From: an uncultured Bacteroides sp.
Lineage (GTDB): Bacteria; Bacteroidota; Bacteroidia; Bacteroidales; Bacteroidaceae
Direction: 5' to 3'
DNA: 64,000 bases
NCBI GenBank assembly: GCA_947074275.1
Contig: CAMTPA010000001.1
Span: 19,265-83,264 of the forward strand
The notes under the pieces were generated by a model, which was not told the DNA's origin, ran no database searches, and saw nothing but the letters and a program-made list of their open reading frames with translations. Positions 1 through 10,326 of this stretch are shown one piece after another (positions within the stretch are counted from its first letter, which is position 1; each line of letters opens with the position of its first letter). The position numbers were made by a program, and so were the translations under genes.

Positions 1-230
1 TTAGATTCCACATATTCGGCAGAAACACCTCCCGGAAATACAACACGCAATGCTCTGTCCAACCCTGCACCTGTTATCTGCAAGATAGATCCCTCCATCA
101 CTTGTGTTGGGTATATTGTAGCTATTGAAGTGGTGGCTACGCTACTTTCTTGTTCGTCTTTGCACGAAAAGGTGACAGAAAGCAAGAAGAACAAGGTGGC
201 AAATAGTATTATTTTATTTATCAATTTCAT
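1..230 (-). CDS. Surface glycan-binding-type lipoprotein with an IPT/TIG-like N-terminal domain (3' end lies outside the window)
   Basis: Not in the ORF track. Manual translation from ATG at 230 gives MKLINKIILFATLFFLLSVTFSC-KDEQESSVATTSIATIYPTQVMEGSILQITGAGLDRALRVVFPGG: a lipobox Cys followed by K(D/E)-rich residues and an IPT/TIG-like 'IYP..V..G..L.ITG.GL' pattern. Lies directly downstream of susD. Confidence 0.7.
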   Translation of the reverse strand, partial: MKLINKIILFATLFFLLSVTFSCKDEQESSVATTSIATIYPTQVMEGSILQITGAGLDRALRVVFPGGVSAEYVES

Positions 231-249
231 ATTCAATCAGATTTAATGA

Positions 250-1950
250 TCAATTCCATCCTTCATTTTGACGTAGATTCGGATTCTTATTCAATTCGCT
301 AAATGGAATGGGGAAAAAGTAGTATTTATCATTCCATTTGCGTTGAGAGGTGTGACGCGTCAATATCACACTCCCATTAAACTCTTTGGTCAGTTTGGCA
401 TAACCAATATCAGATGATTTTTCTCCTTGCTTCCAACGACGCACGTCCCAGAATCTTTGATTTTCAAAAGCCAATTCCACCATTCGTTCACGTTGGTATC
501 GTTCTTGCCAGCCCTCAAAGTGGCCCGACCAATTGGGCATTTGTACATCTGCACGATTGCGCAATGCGTTTATGGCAGCATTGGCACTCAAATCAAATTC
601 GCCCAACGCCTCGGCATCACCATAATAGTGATACATCGCTTCAGCAAAATTTAGGTAAAACTCACCCAAACGCATAAGTACCCATGCGTGAGGTGTTGTA
701 GTGGCATTGTTGGTAGAGATATTGACGTTAGCATCGCAATATTTCTTTAAATAATAGCCTGTTTGTGTGGCATTCAATAATGGCTGGGCATTAACACCAC
801 CTTCAAAAGTTTCGATAGGGCGAGTGTTGTAGTTGGGCCATAAGTCTCCATTGCGCACAATGGTTAGATTAAAACGGGGGTCTATTTTATCGTAAGGTCG
901 ATCTGTCATTAAGTTGATGGTGGATTGAGAAAAGCGTTCTCCAAATGAACGGGCATCATCTTCATATTCGTAGGCATCAACCAAAGTTTGCGTAGGGCAC
1001 ATACCCGAAGTACCATTTTCTACCCCAACAGGGTAGTTGAAAACCTCCCAGCTATTGAAAGAGCCTTGCTTGGATGCAAAAATAACTTCTACTCCATCGC
1101 CATTGTTGGCTCCCCACACTTTATTGTATTCATCGAGCGACACACCCCACATAGCAGCACGTCTGATAACTTCGTAATTGGAACGTGCAGCTTCCAACCA
1201 CCACTCATTGCGATTGGCCGTGTTGAATAAAGGAGAGGCTTTATAGAGCTGTGTACGCGCTTTTAGTGCCAAACACATCAGACGGTTGGCTCTTCCAACC
1301 TCTTTGCTCAACTCTGTGGTATGTGATATGGGCAAATAGCCTGCAATCAAATCCATCTCTTCAATAATCCAGTCGAAAACAACAACGGCTGGAGTTTGTA
1401 TCAGGCTATTGGCTTCGGCATTGGTCAGCGATTTTAAAGCAAAAGGGACATCGCCATAAGCACGCACAAGTTCAAAATAGAAATAGGCGCGTAGAAAACG
1501 AACTTCGTATTCAAAAAGCTCAAATTTTGTCTTCATCGCTTCATAATCGCTATTGTGCTGATAAGCCGACAAATCAATCTTATCAAGCTTCTCCAAAAAC
1601 GTGTTAGCCTCGGCTATGGCTTTATAAGAGTTTTCCCAAGTGAATGAGAAAGGGTTATTGGGACTCCAACCACCATTGTAAAAGCGATGAACGCTGGAGG
1701 TAGAGATAGCGCAATCGGCCTCATCGGTAGCTGCTGCAAGAGTTGACCCACTACCACCTTCGTAGTTTTTATCAAATCCATTGGGAATGCGTGCATAAAC
1801 GCTTGTCACCAATTGCTGAATACCATAGAGAGGACTTTTGTATATCCAATCTTCATCATTGGTTGTAACCTCCGTGTAGTTTAAATCGACACAGCTTGTG
1901 ATAAGAACAAGCACAACCATACTTGTAAAGATTCTATTTATTATTTTCAT
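250..1950 (-). CDS. SusD/RagB-family outer-membrane lipoprotein (second pair of the tandem)
   Basis: Lipobox LITSC; SusD motifs 'EVRFLRAYFYFELVRAYGDVP', 'MRLGEFYLNFAEA', 'RERMVELAFENQRFWDVRRW' and C-terminal 'PIP..EL.KNPNLRQNEGW'. Start refined to ATG 1950 (track gives 1959). Confidence 0.93.
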   Translation of the reverse strand: MKIINRIFTSMVVLVLITSCVDLNYTEVTTNDEDWIYKSPLYGIQQLVTSVYARIPNGFDKNYEGGSGSTLAAATDEADCAISTSSVHRFYNGGWSPNNPFSFTWENSYKAIAEANTFLEKLDKIDLSAYQHNSDYEAMKTKFELFEYEVRFLRAYFYFELVRAYGDVPFALKSLTNAEANSLIQTPAVVVFDWIIEEMDLIAGYLPISHTTELSKEVGRANRLMCLALKARTQLYKASPLFNTANRNEWWLEAARSNYEVIRRAAMWGVSLDEYNKVWGANNGDGVEVIFASKQGSFNSWEVFNYPVGVENGTSGMCPTQTLVDAYEYEDDARSFGERFSQSTINLMTDRPYDKIDPRFNLTIVRNGDLWPNYNTRPIETFEGGVNAQPLLNATQTGYYLKKYCDANVNISTNNATTTPHAWVLMRLGEFYLNFAEAMYHYYGDAEALGEFDLSANAAINALRNRADVQMPNWSGHFEGWQERYQRERMVELAFENQRFWDVRRWKQGEKSSDIGYAKLTKEFNGSVILTRHTSQRKWNDKYYFFPIPFSELNKNPNLRQNEGWN

Positions 1951-1970
1951 ACACATCATTTGAATTGTAA

Positions 1971-4784
1971 TTAGAACATAAATGAAAGACCAACTGTCAC
2001 CCCTTTCAATGTAGGATAGAGAGTTCCAATATTTTCGGGATCCATCTCTTTCAAGTTGCTTATAGTAAACAGGTTTTCGCCTTTTGCAAAAAGCTTTAGC
2101 TGAGACATTCGGATTTTAGAAATAAGCGATTCTGGAAAGAAGTAATACGCTTCGCAACTGCGCAACTTAAAAAAGTTGATGTCTTTATACCACAAATCAT
2201 TTGCGCGATAATTGTTGTTGTTTGCTTTTGATGTAAGACGAGGATAAGTGGGGTTGTCATTAACTCCCCAAGAGTTTTCATAATAATGCTTTGAAAGATT
2301 AGCCCCATCAATCAAAGGAGTGTACACACCCGACACACCGCAATATTGAGTATAGTGAGCAGCACCCTGAAGTTGAACATTCACACCAAACCCCTTTATG
2401 CGAAAGCCTAAATTGAAGGCAAAATTCAACTCTGGAAATGCTGTATCAAAACCTAATTGGGTATTATCATTCTCGTTGACAACTCCATCGTTGTTGTAAT
2501 CGACATATTTTAAATCGCCCGGCTTGCAAATATCAAACTCTTGTGATGGCGAAAGGCTTATATCGTTATTATCGGCAAAAAAGCCATTGGTTTTAAGCCC
2601 CCAAGCTTGATTGACACGTCCACCCACAGCTGAAAGATAATCGTAAGCTACATTCTCAATGGTTCTCAATATCTTATTGCGTCCCCAAGTGACACTTGCT
2701 CCCATATTTAGAGAGGTATTAGGTGCAATGCTCTTCACCCAATTCACACCTGCTTCTACTCCGTAACTTGCCACTCGCCCCCAGTTGGTGTATGCCGATG
2801 GGATGCCAACCACCATCGAGTTTAGTCCGTCGCCCGAAAGTAAAATGTTATCACGCAGTTGGTAGTATCCATCAATGTTGACATCCAAGCTTCTAAAGAG
2901 ACGTAAATCTAAACCTACGTTGGCTTTATAAGATGTTTCGAGCTTGAAATTGGATGTAGGCATATAGCCAATGAAAGTGCCCCAATATTGCGAACCTGTT
3001 CCTGAACCAAAATAGTAATCGCCTCCGCCTCCATTGTAGTTTTCGAGCCAAATGCCATTGATGGGAACGTAGTCGGAATGTTGCATACCACCAGACAATC
3101 GAACTTTAGCCATATTTAGCGCAGCTGCGTCTATGTTGTTTTTTAGGATATACCCAACAGACAATGTAGGTGCAAAAGACCATTTATGCGGATAAGAGCG
3201 ATTTGAGCCATTCAATGTCAAAATAAGGTCGGTGGTAAACTTCTGCTTCATATCATAGTGCAAATAAGCAATGTAGTTCATCCTGTTGATTGTTTGATAT
3301 CTGCCATTAGACGAATGGTGTTTTTGATGCCAAATCAAAGAAGCGATAAAATTGTCATCGCCAGTAAATGTTGTTTGATAGTTGGCATTCAATGACAAAT
3401 AGGAAGAGCGTGTGTGCTGATTGTTCCAGTAACTATAACTTAGGTTGTTTGTCTTATCCCCAGCCGTATAATTGGTGACGCTCATAGGAATACCGTTGCT
3501 ATCAAAGGCATAGCGTTGGTATCCATACGTATAACCCAGCGCATTTTGCTCGTATATTTCGACAAAGTTATTATAGCCAAAACGTACCGATAAATCGAGT
3601 CCTTTAACCCAAAAGTCGAACTTCTGTTTAAGGGTTACATCCCCTTGAAATTCGCGTGAGTGGCTTTTCTGAAAACCTGATGCTTGAATTTTTGCTACCG
3701 GATTATTCACACCATAAGCTGTGTTCCCTCCCCAAATTGTAGCCAACTCTCCCGATGGATCGTTGAGAACAGGAAATGCCGAAGCTGGTGTATTGTAAAG
3801 CATCCAAGTTAAATCATTGGCCGAAGCACCTGCTGGGCGATTGGTTTCGACAAAAACACCCAAAGCGTTCACTTGCATTGTGGTAGAGCTTGTGAGCTGC
3901 ACATCCAAATTGGCTCTTACATTGGCTTTCGATAATTTAAGTTGAGACGAATATTTGTCTTGATTTGCATTTTCGAGCAATCCTCTACTATCGGTGTAGT
4001 CGAGCATAGCAAAGTATTGCACCTTTTCGTTTCCGCCATTTAACGATATATTTGCTTTATCCTCCGAACCACTATTTTTAAAAACCTCATCCTTCCAATT
4101 TACATTAGGATACAAATAAGGATCGAGTCCTACCCCAAAAGCATTAAGTTCATAATCGTTGTACATTGGCGAAAGTCCATCATAGCCACGTGCCTGATTG
4201 ATAGCTCTTGCATAAGTATAAGCATCTACAAACTCGGTGACTTGCGGGTCGAATGTAAATTTATGGTCGTAAGATACTGTTACCTTATTTTGATTGGCCT
4301 TACCTCGTTTTGTCTTCACCAACAAAGCACCGTTCACACCTTCATATCCATACAAAGCCACGGCAGCAGCATCTTTAAGCACAGTTACAGACTCTACTTC
4401 ATCCAAGGTCATATAGTCGATTGAACGTTCAATACCATCGACCAAAATGAGTACATTATTCTCGCTTGTGGTTTGTATGCCACGAATATTCATTGTAGCT
4501 CCATAGCCATTATCGCCCGAAAATCCCCCTTTCTTCAAAGTTGTCAAACCAAGCAATTTGCCATACAATGCGTCTTTCAGAGTAAGAGCAGCGGTTTTTT
4601 TCAACTCATCGCCACTAACCGTATAGGTAGATGCGGTTGTCAGAAGTTGACTTTGTTTTATACCTATACCGAGGTCAACAATTCCATTCTCATAATCAAT
4701 TAAAGTATCCTGTGCAATCAGAGCTGGCGTAATAGCCATTCCTAACGCTACTAAGGCTAACTTTATGATGTTATTGTTCTTCAT
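1971..4784 (-). CDS. SusC/RagA-family TonB-dependent transporter, short form without the N-terminal extension domain
   Basis: Plug motif 'VLKDAAAVALYGYEGVNGALLVKTKRG', barrel region 'PGDLKYVDYNNDGVVNEND', terminal aromatic residue (..GLSFMF). The signal peptide runs almost directly into the plug domain. Confidence 0.92.
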   Translation of the reverse strand: MKNNNIIKLALVALGMAITPALIAQDTLIDYENGIVDLGIGIKQSQLLTTASTYTVSGDELKKTAALTLKDALYGKLLGLTTLKKGGFSGDNGYGATMNIRGIQTTSENNVLILVDGIERSIDYMTLDEVESVTVLKDAAAVALYGYEGVNGALLVKTKRGKANQNKVTVSYDHKFTFDPQVTEFVDAYTYARAINQARGYDGLSPMYNDYELNAFGVGLDPYLYPNVNWKDEVFKNSGSEDKANISLNGGNEKVQYFAMLDYTDSRGLLENANQDKYSSQLKLSKANVRANLDVQLTSSTTMQVNALGVFVETNRPAGASANDLTWMLYNTPASAFPVLNDPSGELATIWGGNTAYGVNNPVAKIQASGFQKSHSREFQGDVTLKQKFDFWVKGLDLSVRFGYNNFVEIYEQNALGYTYGYQRYAFDSNGIPMSVTNYTAGDKTNNLSYSYWNNQHTRSSYLSLNANYQTTFTGDDNFIASLIWHQKHHSSNGRYQTINRMNYIAYLHYDMKQKFTTDLILTLNGSNRSYPHKWSFAPTLSVGYILKNNIDAAALNMAKVRLSGGMQHSDYVPINGIWLENYNGGGGDYYFGSGTGSQYWGTFIGYMPTSNFKLETSYKANVGLDLRLFRSLDVNIDGYYQLRDNILLSGDGLNSMVVGIPSAYTNWGRVASYGVEAGVNWVKSIAPNTSLNMGASVTWGRNKILRTIENVAYDYLSAVGGRVNQAWGLKTNGFFADNNDISLSPSQEFDICKPGDLKYVDYNNDGVVNENDNTQLGFDTAFPELNFAFNLGFRIKGFGVNVQLQGAAHYTQYCGVSGVYTPLIDGANLSKHYYENSWGVNDNPTYPRLTSKANNNNYRANDLWYKDINFFKLRSCEAYYFFPESLISKIRMSQLKLFAKGENLFTISNLKEMDPENIGTLYPTLKGVTVGLSFMF

Positions 4785-4812
4785 ATTGTTTTCTCTAAAT
4801 TTAGATTCTTAA

Positions 4813-6780
4813 TTAATACCAACCGGGATTTTGAGTTAATCCATAATTTTTATTGATTTCCTCAGGTGGAATGGGTGCCAATATCCATTTGTTAGACCAT
4901 CTTTCAGGGTTTTTCCACACAAAACGTGGGTTTGCGCCCCCAATTTCGTAAGGTACATACTCAAACTTTGTAGGGAAAGACTCTCTTGAAGAGTCCCAGG
5001 GTTGTTCGATGCGATTGGCATTATCATCCAGTCGATAAACCTTTAATCCACGTAGCTGCTTCTTAAAATCATCAACCAAGAGGCGACGGTTCATATCGTG
5101 AAAACGTGTTTCGCACTCAAAACCCAACTCACAAGCTCGCTCTCTCAATATCTCATTTATCAAACTCTCTTTATTTGAAATCAGACTCAGCGATGGGTTT
5201 TTCACTTCTAAATCCCCCAATCCCACTCTACGACGAACCGTGTTGATTTGTCCCAAAGCTTCAGCATTGCGCCCTAATTCAGCCAATGCCTCTGCATATA
5301 TCAGATGAATTTCCGCCATACGCAAATAGGATACCTGCATCGGCTCATCATCTATTATGCCTTGTCCACCTTGATCGTCCGACCCCAAATCGAGAACAAA
5401 CTTATATGTAGGAAAACCGTGAGGTTTGCACGCCCAGTCGCCACCACTCACTTTAAAGTCGCCACCTTCCCACAACTGAACCGGGTTGCCCGAACCATAA
5501 TATTGATATTTATAATCTTGTTTTTGTACCACCATCGACTCATACAGACGTGGGTCTCTATCAGCAAAAATATCTTTTTCGGCAGGCGACTGATTGTAAT
5601 ATTGTTGCCCGTCAAAGTTTTTCCCATCAGCCCAAGGGAACATCTCCATCCAATCTAAGGTAGCAGCACAAGCTCCAGAGTGCCAGACATTGGCAGGTGC
5701 TTGATCCCATTCGGTCATATAAACTCGATCACGTACTTCGATAAGCTTCTCACGATCACCACGCGAACGATAGGCCGTGCGATAGGCCGTGCGATAGGCC
5801 TCTTCGTTTTGAGAAGTAGCTTGAACCAATTGATAGTAGTTGCCATTTTGAGCATTAAGCTTCATAAACTGCTCGCAAGCATCAGCCACATCTTGCCATC
5901 GCTGAATATCGTAATTACCATACCACACTTGTAGCTCTGTTACAGCTTCTTGTGGCTCTTCGTCACAATAGGGCGTATCACTATTAAATATCGGACTTGC
6001 CACATAGTGCAACAGTTTGGCTTTAAGCCCCACGGCTGCCCCTTTAGTCATACGTCCTGCCCAAGTAGCAATATCGGCATCGGCTATGTTCCAAGGCAAA
6101 TGAGGTTCGTTTATCGCTTCATCAAGGATACTTAAAGCGTATTTCACTGTTTTATCCAGCGAGGAACGCCCTTCCTCCAATTGTTCATCGCCCTTAAAAG
6201 CACGATCGACAATGGGTAAACCACCAAAATGGCGAATGCCATCCAAGTATTTAGAAGCCAATATAACTTTACATTCAGCAGTATAACGAGCCTTTTCTGC
6301 GTCAGTCATATCGGGCACACGATGTATGTTAGCTATCAATAAATGACAATCACGAACACAGTTCCAAATGGAGCGTTTTGCGGTGTTGTTCATATTCTGA
6401 ATACCTCCTTGTGTGATAAAGGCAAAACGGCTTTGCACCCATCCAGGATTAGCATTGGCAGCGGTCAGGTTTCCTGTATAAAACAAACGTCCTAAATCAT
6501 CCCACCCCAGTTCAGAGTGCATCAAGTCCGAAAGTCCCTCCATCATACCCGAATTGAGTGTATAACAACTTTTGAAAGGGGTATAAAGTCCTTCGTAACA
6601 TTGCCACACCAAATATTCGGTATATACTTTTTTTGAAAAAATCAGTTCTTCATCTACGTCCTCCCCTTCTGCTTTGTCCAAAAAGCCATCCCACATTCTT
6701 ATATTATCAACACATCCAGTCAATAGAATAGTGCTCAACACAAACAGCAAAGAGGTTATTTTATATTTTATCATTCTCAT
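4813..6780 (-). CDS. SusD/RagB-family outer-membrane lipoprotein (first pair)
   Basis: Lipobox LLTGC; 'YLRMAEIHLIYAEALAE', 'RERACELGFECETRFHDMNR', C-terminal 'PIP.EEINKNYGLTQNPGW'. Confidence 0.93.
   Translation of the reverse strand: MRMIKYKITSLLFVLSTILLTGCVDNIRMWDGFLDKAEGEDVDEELIFSKKVYTEYLVWQCYEGLYTPFKSCYTLNSGMMEGLSDLMHSELGWDDLGRLFYTGNLTAANANPGWVQSRFAFITQGGIQNMNNTAKRSIWNCVRDCHLLIANIHRVPDMTDAEKARYTAECKVILASKYLDGIRHFGGLPIVDRAFKGDEQLEEGRSSLDKTVKYALSILDEAINEPHLPWNIADADIATWAGRMTKGAAVGLKAKLLHYVASPIFNSDTPYCDEEPQEAVTELQVWYGNYDIQRWQDVADACEQFMKLNAQNGNYYQLVQATSQNEEAYRTAYRTAYRSRGDREKLIEVRDRVYMTEWDQAPANVWHSGACAATLDWMEMFPWADGKNFDGQQYYNQSPAEKDIFADRDPRLYESMVVQKQDYKYQYYGSGNPVQLWEGGDFKVSGGDWACKPHGFPTYKFVLDLGSDDQGGQGIIDDEPMQVSYLRMAEIHLIYAEALAELGRNAEALGQINTVRRRVGLGDLEVKNPSLSLISNKESLINEILRERACELGFECETRFHDMNRRLLVDDFKKQLRGLKVYRLDDNANRIEQPWDSSRESFPTKFEYVPYEIGGANPRFVWKNPERWSNKWILAPIPPEEINKNYGLTQNPGWY
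5768..5800. repeat. In-frame 12-bp tandem repeat inside susD (CGATAGGCCGTG x 2.75, encoding AYRT-AYRT-AYRS)
   Basis: Exact units at 5768-5779 and 5780-5791 plus a partial unit at 5792-5800. Confidence 0.85.
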
Positions 6781-6793
6781 AATCAGTCCTATT

Positions 6794-9700
6794 TTAGAAA
6801 TTCAATTTAACACCCAAATTAAACACACGCATAACAGGGTATTTTATGAATGAGCCATACCCTCCCCCTGTACTTTCAGGGTCATTAGCATCCATTGGTG
6901 TAAAAGTCAACAGATTTGTTCCACTCAAATAAAAGCGGATGTTTGAAGAGCTGGGCAGCCAAGACATATCACGGAGTGTATAACCCATTTCCACATTTTT
7001 TAAACGGATGTATTTTGCATCTTGATACCACAGGTCTGAAGTAGCTTGGTTTTGTTTTTCGTTGGCGAATGTAATACGAGGCAAACGAGCAGATGAAGCG
7101 TTTTCTGGTGTCCAAGCATTGTTTACCACCCATTGCAATAGTGAGGAGTTGTATTGCTGACCAAATGGTTGGCGATAAACGCCATCTAAATTTCTTGATA
7201 CGTGAGCTGCACCAGCCCAAAGCATTGTAAAATCAAAATTCTTATATTGCAAATACAAATTGAGCGAGAAAGTATATTCTGGATTATCAGTATATCCCAT
7301 ATACATCTGATCGTATTCTTCGGAAATAATTCCATCGCCATCTAAATCGACATAAACAGCGTCTCCATCCATTAGGTTGTTCACAAGTTGTGCTGGCATT
7401 GGTTGCCCATATTTTGCTTGGTATCTCTCTTCCGTTTTTCCCTGATCGTAAAACTCAAAGAAAAGATAGCCTTTTCTTGCTCCAATAGAGTGCCCCGTTG
7501 CATAAGTCCAAGTAGGAGAAACATACGAATCTTCTGTCAAGCCCATCTTTTGCCCTATATAGCTATTGGCCAGTACCAGTTTGTCTGGTTTAGGTATTTC
7601 GGCTTGTTCCAAAACTTTGTTTTTGGCATACGACAAAGTGGGAGAAATAGACAAAGACAAGTTGCGACCAATATTTGCACGATAGTTTAAGGTGACTTCG
7701 TAACCTTGATTCTTCACTCGTCCATAATTAATATACGAAGGACGAAGAGCAGTAGGTGCTTGAATCATATTTTCATTATTAATCAGAATATCTTTGCGAT
7801 ATTCGTAGAAATAATCAAAGTTCACACTCAACTGGTCATTGAAGAATTTCATATCGACACCGTAGTTTTGTTTTATCGCAGTTTCCCAAGTCACGTCGGG
7901 CGATGCAGATGAATACTCGCGTGCAACATTTAAAAACAGGTTGTTGGTAGTTCCAAAATTATAGCCTGCATAGTCGCCGATGTTATTGTAATAACCATTG
8001 AATATCTGCCAAGCGGCTGGCAGGTAAAGAAAACGATAGCCTTGGCAATTATCATTACCAACAGTCCCTATCGAGCCACGTAGCTTCATATACGATATAA
8101 CATTGCTTATCGGCTTCCAGAATTTTTCTTGAGAAACAGTCCATCCCAACGACATAGAGGGGAAAAAACCATATCTATTTCCTTTTGCAAAATTCTCCGA
8201 GCCATTATATCCGATATTGAAATCGGCCATATACTTGAACATATAATTGTAGGTGACACGCCCCACAAGTCCTACATATCCTTTGGGTATAGAAATGTAT
8301 GCCGAATTGGCTGCATCCCAAGGGTAGTAGCTCTTCGATTGGTTGTAGAGCAATAGAGCCGCCACGTTGTGTTCACCAAACTTGCGATCGTAATTCAAGC
8401 TGGCTTCGGCATACCAATCACGATTGGGCCAGCTACTTTCGTCATAGCCCAAGTTCCAATAGTCGCCGCTACGTTGCAAAGAAACACTTCCGTCATTATT
8501 GAGAATAGGTGTAAATTGTGCAGGCTTTCCATTAGTGCGGTTTTTCACGTGATAGTATGTCGAGTTATAAGAGCCTTTCACCCGAAGCGCAAGCCCCTTT
8601 GTCAACATATCAAGCTTCAATTTATAAATCAAGTCGATGTTCAACACATTTGTCGACGACAGTTTATACCCTTGTCCATAAAAAGTGTCCAATCCATCGC
8701 GTGCGCTTACGGCTGCTTCTGAAGAGATATAGGCTGGATTCGTTTTAATCCATTGACCATCAACAATGCCTGCACCTGAGAAAGGTTGTGCATCCATCAA
8801 ATAGCGAAAAATATACTCTTCCCCATCATCTCCTCCATTGTTACCAATAGAGCGTTTGTTTTCAACACGTCCACCAAGATTTATCGAAATCTCTTGTAAC
8901 TTCCCAATATTCAAATCAAGATTTGCACGATAATTATAACGTCGATAAGCAAAATTTGAGTTTTTATCCGAGCTAAATGTCTTAAACAAACCATCTTGAT
9001 CGAGCATACCTACGGACACAAAGTATTTTGCGATGTTGTTACCTCCATTTACCGAAATGTTATATTGGCTCTGCAAAGCCGAATTTTTCATTATATAATT
9101 AATCCAGTCTATATTGGGATACAACAAGGGTTGATCTTGATTGCGAAAATGCTGCACCACATCCTCGGAGAATCGCGGTGTATTTCCATCAGATAGTCGT
9201 GCATTGTTGAATACCGTTGCATAGGTATATGAATCGGCAAAATCCAAAAATTTTGTAACCTTTTGCATCCCCCACGATGCTGATGCCGAAATTTGTGTTT
9301 TGCCCGACTCCCCTCTTTTAGTAGTTACAAGAATCACCCCATTGGCACCACGCACACCATATACAGCGGTTGCTGAGGCATCTTTTAGAACAGTTATATC
9401 GGCCACTTCGTTGGGGTCAATCTGTGTAAAGCTTCGTTCAACTCCATCTACAAGCACCAATGGAGTAGAGCCATTGAGCGAAGCTTGTCCGCGTATAAAA
9501 ATCGTAGGGTCGTCAGCACCTGGCACACCAGAATATTGTACTGTGGACAAACCTGGAAGCTTACCCGAAATAGCATTCCCCAATGAAGCAGCTGGTGATT
9601 TTAAGATTTCTGCACTACTTACATTTGATACCGATCCTGTAATAGTTACTTTTTTCTGTTGCCCATAGGCTATTACAACTACCTCATCTAAGTCGTGAGA

Positions 9701-10000
9701 GGATGGCTCTAAATTGACATCCATCTTTGTTTTACCTTGAACACTTAGTTCTTTTACATTGTAGCCTACATAAGAAAACACAAGCACACTTTTAGATGGA
9801 ACTGTGATTTGATAGTTTCCGAAAAGGTCGGTAATAGTTCCATTGCTTGTTCCTTTTTCAAGAATAGACACCCCAATCATCGGCTCTCCGACTTCATCGG
9901 TCACTACGCCTTGTACTTGTACTTGTGCAAATGCCAAAATTGGTATAAAGCAAATTTGTGCCAAAAGACACCTCAATCTCATACCTTGCAGTTTTCTCAT
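6794..10000 (-). CDS. SusC/RagA-family TonB-dependent transporter, full length
   Basis: N-terminal CarboxypepD_reg-like domain ('VQGVVTDEVGEPMIGVSILEKGTSNGTITD'), 'LDEVVVIAYG', 'VLKDASATAVYGVRGANGVILVTTKRG', ends '..FNLGVKLNF'. Confidence 0.96.
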   Translation of the reverse strand: MRKLQGMRLRCLLAQICFIPILAFAQVQVQGVVTDEVGEPMIGVSILEKGTSNGTITDLFGNYQITVPSKSVLVFSYVGYNVKELSVQGKTKMDVNLEPSSHDLDEVVVIAYGQQKKVTITGSVSNVSSAEILKSPAASLGNAISGKLPGLSTVQYSGVPGADDPTIFIRGQASLNGSTPLVLVDGVERSFTQIDPNEVADITVLKDASATAVYGVRGANGVILVTTKRGESGKTQISASASWGMQKVTKFLDFADSYTYATVFNNARLSDGNTPRFSEDVVQHFRNQDQPLLYPNIDWINYIMKNSALQSQYNISVNGGNNIAKYFVSVGMLDQDGLFKTFSSDKNSNFAYRRYNYRANLDLNIGKLQEISINLGGRVENKRSIGNNGGDDGEEYIFRYLMDAQPFSGAGIVDGQWIKTNPAYISSEAAVSARDGLDTFYGQGYKLSSTNVLNIDLIYKLKLDMLTKGLALRVKGSYNSTYYHVKNRTNGKPAQFTPILNNDGSVSLQRSGDYWNLGYDESSWPNRDWYAEASLNYDRKFGEHNVAALLLYNQSKSYYPWDAANSAYISIPKGYVGLVGRVTYNYMFKYMADFNIGYNGSENFAKGNRYGFFPSMSLGWTVSQEKFWKPISNVISYMKLRGSIGTVGNDNCQGYRFLYLPAAWQIFNGYYNNIGDYAGYNFGTTNNLFLNVAREYSSASPDVTWETAIKQNYGVDMKFFNDQLSVNFDYFYEYRKDILINNENMIQAPTALRPSYINYGRVKNQGYEVTLNYRANIGRNLSLSISPTLSYAKNKVLEQAEIPKPDKLVLANSYIGQKMGLTEDSYVSPTWTYATGHSIGARKGYLFFEFYDQGKTEERYQAKYGQPMPAQLVNNLMDGDAVYVDLDGDGIISEEYDQMYMGYTDNPEYTFSLNLYLQYKNFDFTMLWAGAAHVSRNLDGVYRQPFGQQYNSSLLQWVVNNAWTPENASSARLPRITFANEKQNQATSDLWYQDAKYIRLKNVEMGYTLRDMSWLPSSSNIRFYLSGTNLLTFTPMDANDPESTGGGYGSFIKYPVMRVFNLGVKLNF

Positions 10001-10260
10001 AAGTATTATAATAAAGTTAAGTAATTAGTATATTTCGATATATTCTTTTTAAATGCCCAATCACTGCCAGCCATCGGATATTGAAACGCCAGGAGGCTAA
10101 TGCCCCGAAGCCAATTTAACAATATCCGATTACTCTTGTGACAGTTTTAATTGCACCAAAACAGATGCAATACAAAATGTTGTTTAATAGTTTTGTCTGG
10201 ATTTAATTACTAATCGCTTGTTCCACTTTGCAATTAATCTACTGTATTGAATTTCGAGTA

Positions 10261-10326
10261 CAAACTTACACTATCCTATTTTCATAGAGCCAATCGGATG
10301 TATACATAAATCCCTTATATGTATTA
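10261..10326 (-). promoter_or_regulatory. susC promoter (-7 TAAGTTTG at 10268-10261) with a 21-bp-spaced direct repeat, a candidate HTCS operator
   Basis: CAAACTTA at 10261-10268 is TAAGTTTG on the minus strand. ATGTATAC (10298) and ATGTATTA (10319) are 21 bp apart and about 30 nt upstream of the -7 element. Confidence 0.55.
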
